The notes under the pieces: generated by a model | The model's database searches: none | What the model was told of the DNA's origin: nothing | The model's input: the letters and a program-made list of their open reading frames with translations, nothing else | Assembly (NCBI RefSeq): GCF_021028975.2 | Contig: NC_059429.1 | Coordinates: 139,190,001 to 139,254,000, forward strand | From: Sphaerodactylus townsendi | Taxonomy: Eukaryota | Direction of reading: 5' to 3' | DNA length: 64,000 nucleotides | Translations under genes and position numbers: made by a program | In this document: positions 33,001 through 44,832 of the stretch, piece after piece | Layout of the letters: the number at the start of each line of letters is the position of its first letter | Numbering within the stretch: position 1 is the stretch's first letter

Positions 33001-36000
33001 CTCTTACTCGTGAGTAAGCGCTTTTAAAAGTAAGCCTCTTCCCGACTGGCATAAAAAGCACTTACCTGCGAGTAAGAGCACTTTAGAAAGCGCTTGCGAG
33101 TAAGAGCCGGGGCCAGCCCCTCCCCCAGTCGAGCAGCTGGGCAGGAGAAAAGTTGCGCTGCGGCTGTTGGGCCGGGAAGAGGGGCGGGATCCTGACTCAT
33201 GAGTAAGCATTGCACGGCGTGGCGTCCTGAGGTGTTTTTGCCTCCAGACGCCATGTGGCCCTCATACTCCACTGGTTGGAGTACACAAGCTAATCTGGTT
33301 CCCCAGTTCAAGTGGCAGAGTGGGGACTCAAACCTGGTTCTCCAGATTAGAGTGCCCCTGCTCTTAACCACTGCGCTGCTGCTGCTGGAGGAGGAAAGCC
33401 CATCTGCTGGGGCCGCAGGAAGGAATCCCATATGGGGCCCGACTCCCTGCCCCGCCAGGAACAATCCAGCCTGACATCGAGGCAGGAAGAGGCAGGGGGC
33501 CGGCACAGACTGGCCATTCCGGTCACAGGGAGACTTCCTGGCAGACCACGGAGGTGGAGCAGGGACAGCCCATGCCCAGCAACTCTGCTCCAGCCTCACA
33601 GGCCGCTCTTGGCCCAGACATCGCAGCCACGGTGGCCCGTGTCCAGTTGCCCCCTCTCTCATTTCAGAACCATCCATCTGAAGGAGAAAGCCGTGGAGGA
33701 GCCGGACTCCTGCATTTTACACCCCTCAAGGGCCGCTCTGCTGCTCGGCTGCTTCCAGGGGCATCCCCTCTTCCTCCAGCCTCCTCCTGCCGGGGACTGA
33801 GGCATCGATGGCTGGAACAAAGCGTGCACGGTCTGTACCGCAGCAGGAGCACGCAAAACAGGATTGGGACCAGTGCTGTTGAGTTTGTATCAGCAATGAT
33901 CGGGAATTGGGGGGTGAGCAATAAAGCGGCAAAGTTTGCCGGTAGCACAACATTATTCCAGACGGATGGTGGAAACCCCAGGAAATGACAAAGAGCCACC
34001 CTGCAGCTGCTCCGTCCTGCCTCTGCCTCCTGCCCTTCCTGCTGAACAGAGACTCCACGAGTCCCTTTTCTAACTCCTCAGGCATCAGGCCAGAGTATGA
34101 TCTTGGCCACCCGGACACAAACGTTGCCTTCCTCCTGGGCAGCCAAGAAAGGCCAAAAGAGGCGGGGAGGGCCGAGGAGAGTCAACGGGCATTCAGGGAC
34201 CCCGGGGGGCAGGCAGGGCACGCAGCCAGCCCCAACCCAGAGTCACCTGCCGGGCTCCAAGTACCTGTCCATAATTCCAGGGAGACGGCAGGATCCTGTC
34301 CTTGTTGCCTTGGTAGATGATGCCGTCTTCGTTCATGACATATTCCTGCCTCTCCGGCTCGCTAACCAGGTACACGTCGTCCTCTGAGGCCGTGGGATGG
34401 AAAGAGGGGTGTGTGCGGGACCCGCCTGTCCCTCTCACCAGCATCCCCTCCAGCTGCCTTTGAGGGACCCCAGGCCCCCTTGCTGGGAGGGCTCAACCCC
34501 AGAGAAGTCAGCAGCTAGCATGGCGCCCCCCCACAGACACACTGAGACCAGGGGCAGGAAGCCTGGGGGGACCGGCTTGTTCATGTGGCAGGGCTTTGGG
34601 CGGTGGGGAAGAAGCAAGGTGAGCCCAGCTGCCGTGGAGCCGCTTGGCCTTCTGTGCAACGGGTGGTCCCTTCCCCGCCTGGGTCAGGGGGGTGGGGGGA
34701 GCCTCCCTCTGCCCGTCTGGTGTCTACCGGGCCAATCCTCCCCAACCAGCCCTTCCCCTACAAGGGAAAGACTCACTCCCCCCACAACTTTGTTCTACAG
34801 TGTGAAAAGTTCCTGTGATAGGCCCCTGCTACTGCTTGACAGGTTAAGGGCCACGGGGATCCCTATGGCTGCCCCCCCCCCCCCACCATGCTGAGCCAGT
34901 CCCAGCACAGGAGCCCACTGAGAGGCAGGGGGTGGGAGGGGCCCGGCTTGGAAGACCCTCCCCCGGTCATTTCAAGCCCTTTGATGCAGCCACCAGTCAG
35001 ACCTTCCTCCCCGTGGCCAAGGTCAGGCACTCTTCCTTGCCGCAGAGGAAGTGGGGAGGGGCACCCTGGGGGCCCAGCCAGGGACCGTCTGCAGGCAGCC
35101 CTGAGAAGCAGGAAGGCTGAGGCCCCACCCTCTTCACCCCGAGGGGCAGCTCTGCCCCCCTTTGCCGGCCACAGACCAGCCGCCCCCCCAGCAGCGGGCA
35201 GGACGCCTACCTGGGCACCAGGCATTGAAGAGCACGACAAACTCCCCCAGGAGATACGAGGCCACTCGGCCGTAGCCGGAGTCGATGTGGATCTTGAGCT
35301 GGTAGCGCCCGATGGGGGCCCCTGCTGGCACCAGCACCCGCACGTCCGTGGAGCGGGAGCCGTTGGAGACGTGGCCAGCACCCCAGACGCCGCCCCTGCC
35401 GGTGGGCTGCCCCACGCCCAGGAGGAAAGCGGCTCGTGTGCCAGACTGCCGCTCCGGACGGGGCCCTGCAAAGAGGGGCCCTTTTGATTGGAGGGGCCAC
35501 CAGGCCGGGAGGGGGCTGCAAGATGGCGGGTGGGGAGGGCAGAGGGCAGGGGAGAGGCTCCCCAGGGGCCCAGCCGGGGCAGAGGGATGCCCACCCGCCA
35601 CAGGCGGAGGCCCAACGGCCTGTGTGAATCAGCTGCCCGGCCGCGGGTCAGAGCTCAGGGCCAGCTGGCCACTCCACAGGCCGCGGGCACCTTCCAAGCA
35701 GTCTTCCCACCCAGCAGTGCCTGCCAGGGAGTGGAGCGCCACCCTAGAGTCCCAGGAGGACCCTCCAGGCAGGGGAAGGGCTGGGCTGGGTGGCAAATGC
35801 CAGAGGGCTCTCCGCAAGAGGGGGTGTGTGTGTGCGCTGGCTCCTTCCCAAGCTGGAGGCCCCTTCTGCTCACTGTGGGGCAGGCACACATGGGGCACCC
35901 CTGCTCTTTTTGCCCCCCTGGCCCCTGTGAGGTAGGAGAAGTGGAGGCAATCTAGGCAAAGATTTGAAGGCCAGCGGGCACACTGCCAGCCTCCCCTTCC

Positions 36001-36542
36001 TCACGGGCGCAGGCGACGTCCTCGGAGGAGGAGAGGGAGGGCAGAAGGGGTCCACTCTGTGGGCTGGGGAGGGCAGCCCCTGTGGAGCGTGGGGTCCCCA
36101 GCCCTGGGAGGGGCTGCGGGTGGTGCCGCAGGCCAGAAGGGTCGGTCTTCTCACTCACCGGTCTCTGCGATCAGGTAGACGGAGTCCGCTCCCGGCTGGT
36201 AGCCCCTGGGGTGGAAGTGGAGGCAGAAGTCGAAGTCCTGCCCCCTCCTGACGATCAGCCGCTGGGTGCTGATCTCTGCCGTGTGGTGCCGCAGGTTGTT
36301 CCTGGGCCTCAGCCAGTCGATGGAGGCCACCTGCAGTCCTGGGGAAGGCGCCCGGCGTGGTGGGAACTCAGCAAGGGCTTCCCTGGGCCTCCTGGCCCCG
36401 AGTCCCCCCACGCCTCTAAGCCCTGCTGCTCTTGCTCAGCACAGTGCCGGGGGGGGGGGGAGGTGCTCCATCCGCTGCCCCCATTTGGGCTTGTTGTCGG
36501 GGGCTGAGTGGCCGCCTCCCGCAGAGACCTACCTGTGGCCAT
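24078..36542 (-). CDS. TGM5: Protein-glutamine gamma-glutamyltransferase 5-like (complete, 717 aa, catalytically intact)
   Basis: 13 GT-AG exons: 36542-36533 (ATGGCCACAG), 36338-36159, 35465-35211, 34383-34265, 32521-32393, 32068-31891, 30711-30573, 30031-29928, 29826-29587, 27051-26710, 26620-26460, 25305-25172, 24240-24078; total 2154 nt in frame. Catalytic YGQCWVF, NFHVWNE and LDATPQE are present. TGM5-diagnostic strings: [40 protein letters not shown]. Confidence 0.88.
24775..24922. mobile_element. Palindromic hAT MITE in TGM5-like intron 12
   Basis: Hairpin core as at 23593; 8-bp TSD ATCTAGGG (24767-24774, 24923-24930). Confidence 0.8.
25845..26065 (+). mobile_element. tRNA-derived squamate SINE (degraded)
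   Basis: A-box-like 5' head, B-box GGTTCAAATCC and CTCACAGGGTTGTTGT body. Related copies are at ~27251-27330, ~29105-29340(-), ~32524-33372(-, split), ~41322-41560 and ~57210-57420(-). Confidence 0.6.
27492..28823. mobile_element. Non-autonomous hAT element related to 5588-7443, opposite orientation, containing nested Penelope repeats
   Basis: Ends CAGAGGCATAG / CTACGCCTCTG; perfect TSD GTTGTGGG (27484-27491, 28824-28831). Shares GCTAGTGGCACCA..TTTCAGG..CCAAGTTTGGTGAAG blocks with the 5588-7443 element. Confidence 0.75.
28056..28347. mobile_element. Penelope-type inverted repeat pair with CpG-decayed hammerhead motifs (28111-28151 -, 28252-28292 +)
   Basis: CCTCTGAAGATACCAGCCACAGATGCAGGTGAAACATTAGG and its reverse-complement copy. 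Confidence 0.7.
32716..33274. mobile_element. hAT-type MITE inserted into a SINE in TGM5-like intron 4
   Basis: 8-bp TSD GTTGGAGT (32708-32715, 33275-33282), imperfect CAG..TAT / ATA..CTG ends and repeated internal CTTACTCGTGAGTAAG palindromes. SINE sequence resumes on both sides. Confidence 0.7.
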
Positions 36543-38340
36543 GATGCTGCCTCTCTGCTCTGCCTCGAAGTGCCTTGGGGCTAGCGGTTGCCGGCAGGTG
36601 CCAGAGAGGCCGGGTGTGGCCCGGGGGCATGACCATTTCACTCCCCCCACTGGCTCACTCACCAAATTTCCTGGCACCGAGATCGGCTTTCGGGTGGGGC
36701 TGCAGCCCCGGGATGGAGAGAGTGTGTGTGCGTGGGGGTGGGGGTGGGGTGGAGGCCTGGAATGGGAGGGGCCCCGTGAGAAAACCTGTCCTTCAGGCAG
36801 CCCTTCAGGCCTGCCCTTTGCTTGCTGGCTCTCTTGCTCTGCCCCGCCAGGGAGCCAAGACCTTGGGCTGAGAGACAGGTGGGGGGGTGGGAGCTAGGAG
36901 GAGGGGTCCCGGCTCCCCCACTGCAGCCAGCCTGTAGCTGTGGGCCCTGGTCGGGGGTCTTGGCCGCCCTCCCGTTGCTCTTCTCTTCTTTGTGGCCATG
37001 GAGGACGCAGGCACCTGCTGGAGCAGGACTGAGCACGCCGTCCCCTCGGTGTGGGACTGTCCTGGTGCACTGTGTCAGCTGCAGAAAGAGGAAGCCCCAT
37101 CAAGTGCCCCCTCCCCCCACCCAACCTGCATCCTGAGCCAGAGCCCCCCTCCCCGTTGCCCTCCTCCCCCCTTCCTCCAGGGCAGCAGACTTGGCTGCCC
37201 CTTCCTCAGTGCAGCCATAGCTAAGAAAAAAGGGGCTGCGTTAAAGAGGGGGGAGAGGGGGCAGCCCCCCATCGGATATTTCCCAGCATCCTTCAGCTGC
37301 CACCGTTCCTTTGCTCTGTAAAGGCACGGCTCACCTCCCTCTTTGTGCAAGCATGCCATCATGCCATCATGCCTGAAACACATTGCTGGGGGGGGGGGCA
37401 GCAGGCACCCATAGGACTCAGGGCCCTGCTGTGCCCTCCAAGCAATGGGCAGGCGTGGGGCTTTGCCACAGGCAGGTCAGGACTAGCCCAAGGGGCGAGT
37501 CTCCCGTTCCAAGAAAGGCTGAGCCACCCTGCGGTTTCTGGCTGTCGTCTCCCCTCCCAGAAGAGAAGCTCTTCCTTCCTTTCTTTCTGCAAAGGGCGTG
37601 GTGCGTGCTGATTCACCTGTGCCCCCCCGCCCTGTTCCTGCCCCTCCACCTGGGCCTTCCTGTTGCCAGCCAGCCAGAGTTTTCTTTGCAAACGTCTTCT
37701 GAATCCTGCCGTGGGCTGGTCCGAGAGACAGGTGAACGGGCCCGGGGCGGGGGGGGTCAGAGGGAACAGACTAATACACGTTCAATCCACTTTCACAATT
37801 GTTTGCGAGTGGATTTTGCTCTTCTGCGCAGCCTGCAGAGTGCATCGAAAGTGCATTCTTCTGCATGTGCGGAAGGGGCCTCTGTGGAATTGCCTTCATG
37901 TCAGGCCTGCTTGGGAGCTCGGCCCGTGGACTCAGAAAGCCCCGTCGTCTCTGACGTGAAGGTGTAAGCAGACTAGATGTGGTTGCCTAATGACAGAACG
38001 AATGTTACACCTCAACACACCTTTTCCTTGAAATCTCTGGTGGCAAAATTTAGGCTGCAGACTGCTTGGGGCAGACCTGTCTTTTGTGGCTGCCAGTCTG
38101 CAAAGTGCTGATGACGTCAGCGGTGCCTTTTGCCAAGGGATTAGAAGTTGGAATCCCACAGTTGGGGCCCAGCAGGCGACGGTGGCCCATTGCTTGGAAG
38201 TCAGGAGACAAAAGGCGCAGAGACATTCTGGCTCAGAGAAGAATCCGGCCTTTGTGGCTGGCTTTCTAGCTAAGCCCAGCTAAAATTACACCCAATTACA
38301 GCTGGGTTCTTCCTGGGAAATTGTCCTGTCCTGTGACCTC

Positions 38341-38348
38341 TGTGTGTG

Positions 38349-38380
<32 letters not shown>

Positions 38381-38409
38381 TGCGTGCGTGTGTGTGCGCG
38401 CGCGCGCGC
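38341..38409. repeat. Compound (TG)n(TGCG)n(CG)n microsatellite
   Basis: About 69 bp of strictly alternating purine-pyrimidine sequence. Confidence 0.95.
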
Positions 38410-41400
38410 TGCTTGGGCCCTGCTGCGCTCCTCCTGTCCTTCCAGCCCCCTCCACAAAGGCAGCCGTGCCAGGAATCCCCCTCCGCACTGGCATTTTGCA
38501 GGCTGGCCCTGCCAGAGACTGGAACGCCACGTTGCCAACTTGTCCCGCCAAAGGCCTGTCGAGAATCCATGTTTCCAGCTCTTTCTCCTTTGGAAGCTGG
38601 GAGGGCTGGACTGGTCTGGTCTGAAGGGGTCCAGCGCTGCATGCTGAATGTGGCAGAGAAGGAAAGGCCTGCGACGCACAGCAGATTTCCGTGGGTTCTG
38701 CCCCTTTGTCACCTCGTGGCCCCTGTGCAGAGGCGTAATTCCAAGGGGGGTGCGCATGATGCTGTGGGGGCATGGTGGGGGCATTCTGGGGCGGGGCAGG
38801 GTGGAGGATGCACAAGTGCTCTGGGTGCTTTCCCTCCTTGCTCCGCCCTGTGGCCCCTGTGGGTGGAGTCAACCGGGGCTTTCTCTTCGTTCAGGGTCCC
38901 ACCAGGAATCAGACTGGCACCACAAGCTGAAGGAGACAGCTGTTTGGAGGTTGGTCCAGATGGCCTCTCAGCGCCGCAGGTGATATGTCCTGTGCTACTA
39001 AGTGTGAAGTGATGCACCCTGAGGCAGAATATCATCACGTGAAATATATACACAGTGTTGGATTTTCAACTGTCTGAGGTCAACATCGAAAGAGAGCTTG
39101 TGGGTTATAGCGAACAGCTCGAGACAAATGTTGACTTTTCAGTGCACACAAGTGGTGAAAAAGAGAAACTCCGTGCTTGGATTGGAAATGTTAGGGAAAG
39201 GATTGAGAATACAGTGGTCGTGTGCAGCTATGGAGATCCGGGTTCCTGTTATCTCAGAAATCGGAAACCTTTAAGGGGGTTTCTTGATTTAAAAAGGGAT
39301 TGCTTCTGATCACTTTACATTTAAAAGAGATGCTCAATTGCAGTTATAATTTTGTTATAATTTCACAATTCAAAGAACCATTGACTGGACAGTTGGTTTG
39401 CATGTTATTGGCCATTGGTTATTTCCAAAGTATTCCTGGTTATCTCCAAAAAGATGCTGCAGAGATGGAAAAAAGCACAGAAGAGGGCAGCTCAGACGAT
39501 CAGAGGCCAGGCTGGGAAGAGGCCTTTTGGTTCTGTTTGTCGGATTGCCAGCTCTGCGGGAGGAGCTACCTGGAGATGGGGGGGGGGGGGGTGGATCTTG
39601 AGGAAGACGGGGTTTGGGGTGGGGGGGAGGGAGGGACTTCCGGGGGCCATAATTGCAGCCATTTCCTCCAGGGGAAGTGGTCTCTGCTGCCGGGAGAGCA
39701 GTCGTCTCCCAGGAGGCCTCCAGACACCACCTGCAGGGTGGCCATCTTATTCTGTTTGGCTGGTGCAAAGAGACTCCAACGGAGGGCTGGCTGGGTGTTG
39801 CTTTGTCTGGTTGCAGGCGGGCCGTTCGCTCAGTTACAGACGTGGCCGCCTTCTGCTGCGCTTGCGTTTCTGAGTAGGCTCAGCAGACCTGTGTCAAGTT
39901 AGCCCCAGGCAGGTGGTGGGGGCATCCTCCAAGGTTTTGCCTGCCTCCCACCCATATGACCCTCATCTAAAAATCAACACAATCCCTTGGATTTCTGTTA
40001 CTGTGAACATAATAATAGCTGCAATAGGATATGGTAGAAATTGCCCCCGACCCCCAATAACAAACTGGGAGCCAGCAGGCTCAGGAAGACTCTTGGGGGG
40101 TCCCCAACCTAGGCAAAGGCCTAGCCAGAACCCTGAAGCCCATTCTCAGGTAAACACAGGTGAGGCACACATTACTTGGGAATAAGGCCCGCAGAATAAA
40201 GTGAGATATCAGCCTCTCTCAGAAAGCACTGCGCTTTTAAAAAAATACAGGACCTGTACAAAGTCCCCCTCCCGGTGCCCGTGGTTTGTATTGCCTACCC
40301 TGCCCCCATTCTATTTGCCCCTCAGGAGCCGGGATGATGTCAACTCCGCCATAAGAACATCTGGCCTCCCGTGGGTACATAAATGGGGAAGGAGGGGTTG
40401 TTTAGTATTTTATAGTATAGTACAGCCATCTGTAGTTAGTAGTTTATATATTATTTTATTGTAAATTATATATTGATGTTTTAAATTGTTTTAATGTTGA
40501 TGGACACCGCCCTGAGCCTTTGGGGAGGGCGGTATACAAATATAAATAATAAAATAAAAAAAAATGGCTGCCTTGGCGGGCGGACTCTGTGGCACGCACT
40601 ACGACACACCCTGTGGAGGCCCCTTCCCTCCCTTAGCCTCGCTCTCCCAAGGCACCCCGCCCCACACCGCCAGGAGTTTTCCAGCTTGGACCTGGCAGCC
40701 CGGGGGGGGGGGGGGACTGCTGCTCTCTCTGTTGCGATTCCAGAAGGTCTCCTGGGCCCACAAGCAAGTTGGCAACCCTAGAAGAAGAAAAGGAAGCCGA
40801 GGTGGGGATGGGCTGCAGGAGCTTTCAGGGAGAGGAAAGGGACAATATTGGGGGCAGGGACAATGAAATTCCTCCCACTGGCCTCGGTGGGTTTCCAGTT
40901 GTGTGTTCGGAGTTGGCCAGACCTGCGGCTACTGACACCCAGGGGCTGGAGCTGTGAACAGACAGACAGTTACTTCCAGAAACCTGAAAAATGCCGGTTT
41001 TGCTGAAAAATCTGAAATCTCAAAAAAAGACAAAACAATTCAACAGCTGGTTTAACAATCCCAAACGATAAAAGAAATGCCTGTAGCTTTGAGACACAGA
41101 AGTCCTCCGTGGCCGTGGCTGTGGCTGTGGCCGTGGCCGGGCACCCAAAGCATTGTAGGGGATTTCTGAGAGCCAGGGGCAGGGGCGCGGGTGGGGGCCG
41201 GGCTGTCCAGGGGAAACTGTCCTTGGGGTCAGGCCTGGTAGAGGCCACTGGGTGACCTGATCCCACCCAACTTGCGTGGCCCAACCAGGCCTGGCTGCCG
41301 GCTCCTGTTGCACAGCAGCCGGTGTGGTACAGTGGTTAGAGCTTCTTCCAAGCAGAGTCTGGGAGATCCCGGTTAAATCTTCATCTTGCTGTGGAAGCGC

Positions 41401-43727
41401 ATGGGGTGATCTGGGACCCATCTTATTCGGTTAGCTTAATCTACCTCACAGGGTTGTTGTGAGCAAAAAAGGAGATTAATGTGAGCCGCTTTGGTTCCCT
41501 ACTGTGGAGAAAGGTGGGGTATAAATGAAGCAAATAAATGTTAAATATAAATATAAATAAGACAGGAGGCAGATAAAAAGAAGGTTGGTGAACAGATGAG
41601 GAGGTGAGAGTGGGGGGGAGGGCAGAGGAGGGCTGGCACCTTGATTGGCAGAGTGGCCCTCCTGCCTGGCGCTGAAGCTCTCCCGCCCAGCCCGGCAAGT
41701 GTTGACTGAGGAGGCGCCCAGGAAAGCCCGACAGAAACTCTTGGCAGCTCGGGTGACGAGAGCGGGGTGGCACCCTGGCGCTTTCAGCTGAGGGTGGCAG
41801 TCTGCCCGCCTGCCCACCAGCACACCCGCCTGCCTTGCTGGAGAGGTGGAGTCGCTCTCCAACAGGAGATGCCAGTCAGACCAAGTCCTGTCAGAGGATC
41901 CACCCACCTGCCAGCCAGCCAGTCAGGGAGGCGGGAGGGCAGACAGCAGCACCCGCCTGCCTCACTGACGGACAGAAATAGGATAGATGTGTGCATGTAT
42001 TTAGAAAACGGCGTTGCCTTCTCTGCAGAGGATCTGCCTGAAGCCTCTTACAGCACAAAGCACGGTCAACATACAATGGCATGAAAGTTGTTAAAAACCA
42101 ACCAACCCATGAAACCCAGCAGGATCATAAGTACAGTTTAAAATATTTAGCAGTTTAAGATAAGTGTAATAAACCAGTTCTAAGGTTAGAAGCAGACTGG
42201 AAACAATTGCAAAAAATCCACCTCTTAATTAACTTTCCAGGAAAAGTGCAGCCATGTGCTGTGGGCCCTGAATTCTTGAGGTCCCCAAACTGAATGTTTT
42301 CCAGCTATCTAGTGAAACTGGCCTCTCCCCATATTCTGACAATCCCCGGGCACACGCCAGCTGCTCATGTGGGGGAGCGGAGAATCGCCCCCCACGCCCC
42401 TTCCCTCAGCCCTGCCCGGCTGCTCCTTCAGCCAGTGGAGCCTCCGCCAGCCGAAGAGCAGCCTGGTTGGACTGCCTTTGGGTGCCCCTTGGCCCGGCCC
42501 CGCCAGGTTGCTCGAGGGGCAGCCTGCAGCAGGCTCCCACCGGCTAAGGTAAGTGGTATGCAGGAGTGTGCGGGGGGGGGGGGCAGGCGGCTGGAGCAGG
42601 TGTTTTTTGTTTGTTTGTTTGTCTGTCTGTCTGTCTGTCTGTTTGTTTGTTTTATATACCGCCCTATCCCCGAAGGGCTCTGGGCGGTGCACAACATAGT
42701 TTCCTCTTATAACACTTACAAACAAAACCCCATTAAAATTAAATTAAAACACAGTGGTAAAATTAACAAAGATGACGTCACGCAATAAACCCCAATTAAA
42801 ACCCTCCCAAAGAGGGGGGAAGCAGAACGAAAAAGTGGGTCCCGTAGATGGCAAAGGGAACTCCGAGCGGGAGGAGTAACGGGGGCACTTTGCCCTGGGC
42901 GCTGTTCCCCCCCCCCCCCCATGCCTCTGCAATCTGGCAGTGCTGTTGTTTACATGTCAGGGTGTGGCGGAACGGGCTTGCTTTGCCTGGAGCCGAGTTC
43001 CTCCGTCATGAGCCTTCTTCATTCACGTCGGGCTCCCTGGTTGAGCTGTCAGCAGAGGCAAGACGCTAGTCCTGGTGCTCCACGGCAGGAACCCCCCCCC
43101 CCCCAGTCCCACCAGCCCCGGAGAGCCGCTTGGGGCCGCTATGGGGGTGTGCAATGCAGCGGTCCCATCAGAGCCCCGACCTCCTAGCTATTGGGTGAGG
43201 TGATGCTCGGCTCTGGTGGCTGAACCGGATGCTGAGTGGCTTGCGGCCTGTTTTCTCAATATCCAGAAAAGTGGGTAGAAGCAAAGACGCCCAAGTTTAA
43301 CCCCCAGTGTCCATCATCGAGGATGCTCCGAAAGCAGTTCTACCCCCGCAGCACCCCAGAGTGGCTTGCCCCACGGCAGTCAAGCTCCTGGCCTTGACCG
43401 GACCCTCAGCAGAACCTGCCCAGCTGCTCCAGAAGGTCTTCTGCCTGGCCTCGTGGGGTCCGTGAGTGGAAGAGCACCCGCCTGCGACACAGAGGCCGAC
43501 TGGGCCGGTCAGGCTCCTCCGCGAAGGGCAGGGTGTGTTCCGCCTAGAAGGAAACGGCCCTTCCCTGGTACTTATTAATGTTATTATTTCATTCAGCGTT
43601 TATCTTCCTCCTTCCCCACCAATCAGGGGTGGGAGTGGCTAAGAACATAAATACAGAGCATCAATGAAGCACCCCCTGGAATGACCACCAGAGGAGCTTA
43701 TTGGAGGCCTCCCGGGAACGTCTGGAG

Positions 43728-43875
43728 CAGGGGTAGGGAACCTTCGGCTCTCCAGATGTTCAGGAACTACAATTCCCATCAGCCCCTACCAGCATGGCCA
43801 ATTGTCCATGCTGACAGAGGCTGATGGGAATTGTAGTTCCTGAACATCTGGAGAGCCGCAGGTTCCCTACCCCTG
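43728..43875. mobile_element. Palindromic hAT MITE
   Basis: TIRs CAGGGGTAGGGAACCT / AGGTTCCCTACCCCTG; TSD GTCTGGAG (43720-43727, 43876-43883); the whole element is a near-perfect hairpin. Confidence 0.9.
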
Positions 43876-44407
43876 GTCTGGAGGAATAATCCCACCTTAC
43901 AAGCCCTGCACATCCGAGTCAGGTCTGGCAGGGCCTGGAACAGCCTCCCACCAGGTTGGGGCCAAGTCGAAGTCAAGTGGAGGGCCCGGCACTTCCCGAG
44001 GTCTGCAGGAAGCAGAATGCGAGCACGGTGGGGAGAGAGAGAGAGAGATCCGGGAGGCCTCTGCACTCTGCTGCTCCTCTGGACGTCAAGGGTCAGCAAA
44101 GCCCACGTGCTCTTTGCAACTGTGGTCAGCCAGATGGTCCCAGAAAGTTCACAACTTTGGAGGAGGAGTGGCCAAGCCCCAGCAGGGACCCCGGCAGGCT
44201 CAGGATGTCTGGCAACCAGGAGGCAAGAAGACTGCCTCTCTGGTGGCTGACGTACAGCAATAGGTTGCCAACCACCTGGTGGGGCCCGGGGAACTCCTCT
44301 GTCCCCCTCTAATCTCCAGGAGACAGGAGGGATCAGGTCCCGTGGAGAAAATGGCCTCTTTGGAGGGTCAACTCTGTGGCACGAACTCTGCTGAGGTCCT
44401 TCCATGA

Positions 44408-44832
44408 GAACATCAGAAAGAACATATGCTGGGTCAGACCAGAGTCCATCTAGTCCAGCTCTCTGCTACTCACAGTGGCCCACCAGGTGCCCTTGGGAGC
44501 TCACATGCAGGAGGTAAAATCAATGGCCTTCTGCTGCTGCTGCTGCTCCCGAGCACTTGGTCTGCTAAGGCCTTTGCAATCTCAGATCAAGGAGGATCAA
44601 GATTGGCAGCCATGGATCAACTTCTCCTCCATAAATCTGCCCCTTTGAAAGCTATCCAGGTGAGTGGCCATCACCACCCCTTTGAAAGCTATCCAGGTGA
44701 GTGGCCATCACCACCTCCTGTGGCAGCATATTCCAAACACCCATCACATGTTGCGTGAAGAAGTGTTTCCTTTTATTAGTCCTAATTCTTCCCCACAGCA
44801 TTTTCCATGGATGCCCCCTGGTTCTAGTATTG
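44408..44832 (-). mobile_element. CR1-type LINE 3' fragment
   Basis: Encodes [41 protein letters not shown]. Contains an internal 37-bp tandem duplication (~44641-44715). Smaller copies of the family are at ~45721-45880(-) and ~49125-49422(+). Confidence 0.85.

Noticed and set aside
24078-36542. EPB42 call based on position next to CCNDBP1
   Set aside because: The catalytic Cys-His-Asp is intact and the core sequence follows TGM5, not EPB42.
36960-36999. Alternative TGM5 start ATGGCCACA at 36999
   Set aside because: No donor follows it; the ATG at 36542 gives the canonical 10-nt first coding exon with a GTAGGT donor.
38960-39042. Box C (GTGATGA) on the minus strand suggesting a SNORD12/ZFAS1-type snoRNA
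   Set aside because: No recognisable SNORD12 guide, terminal stem or host intron.
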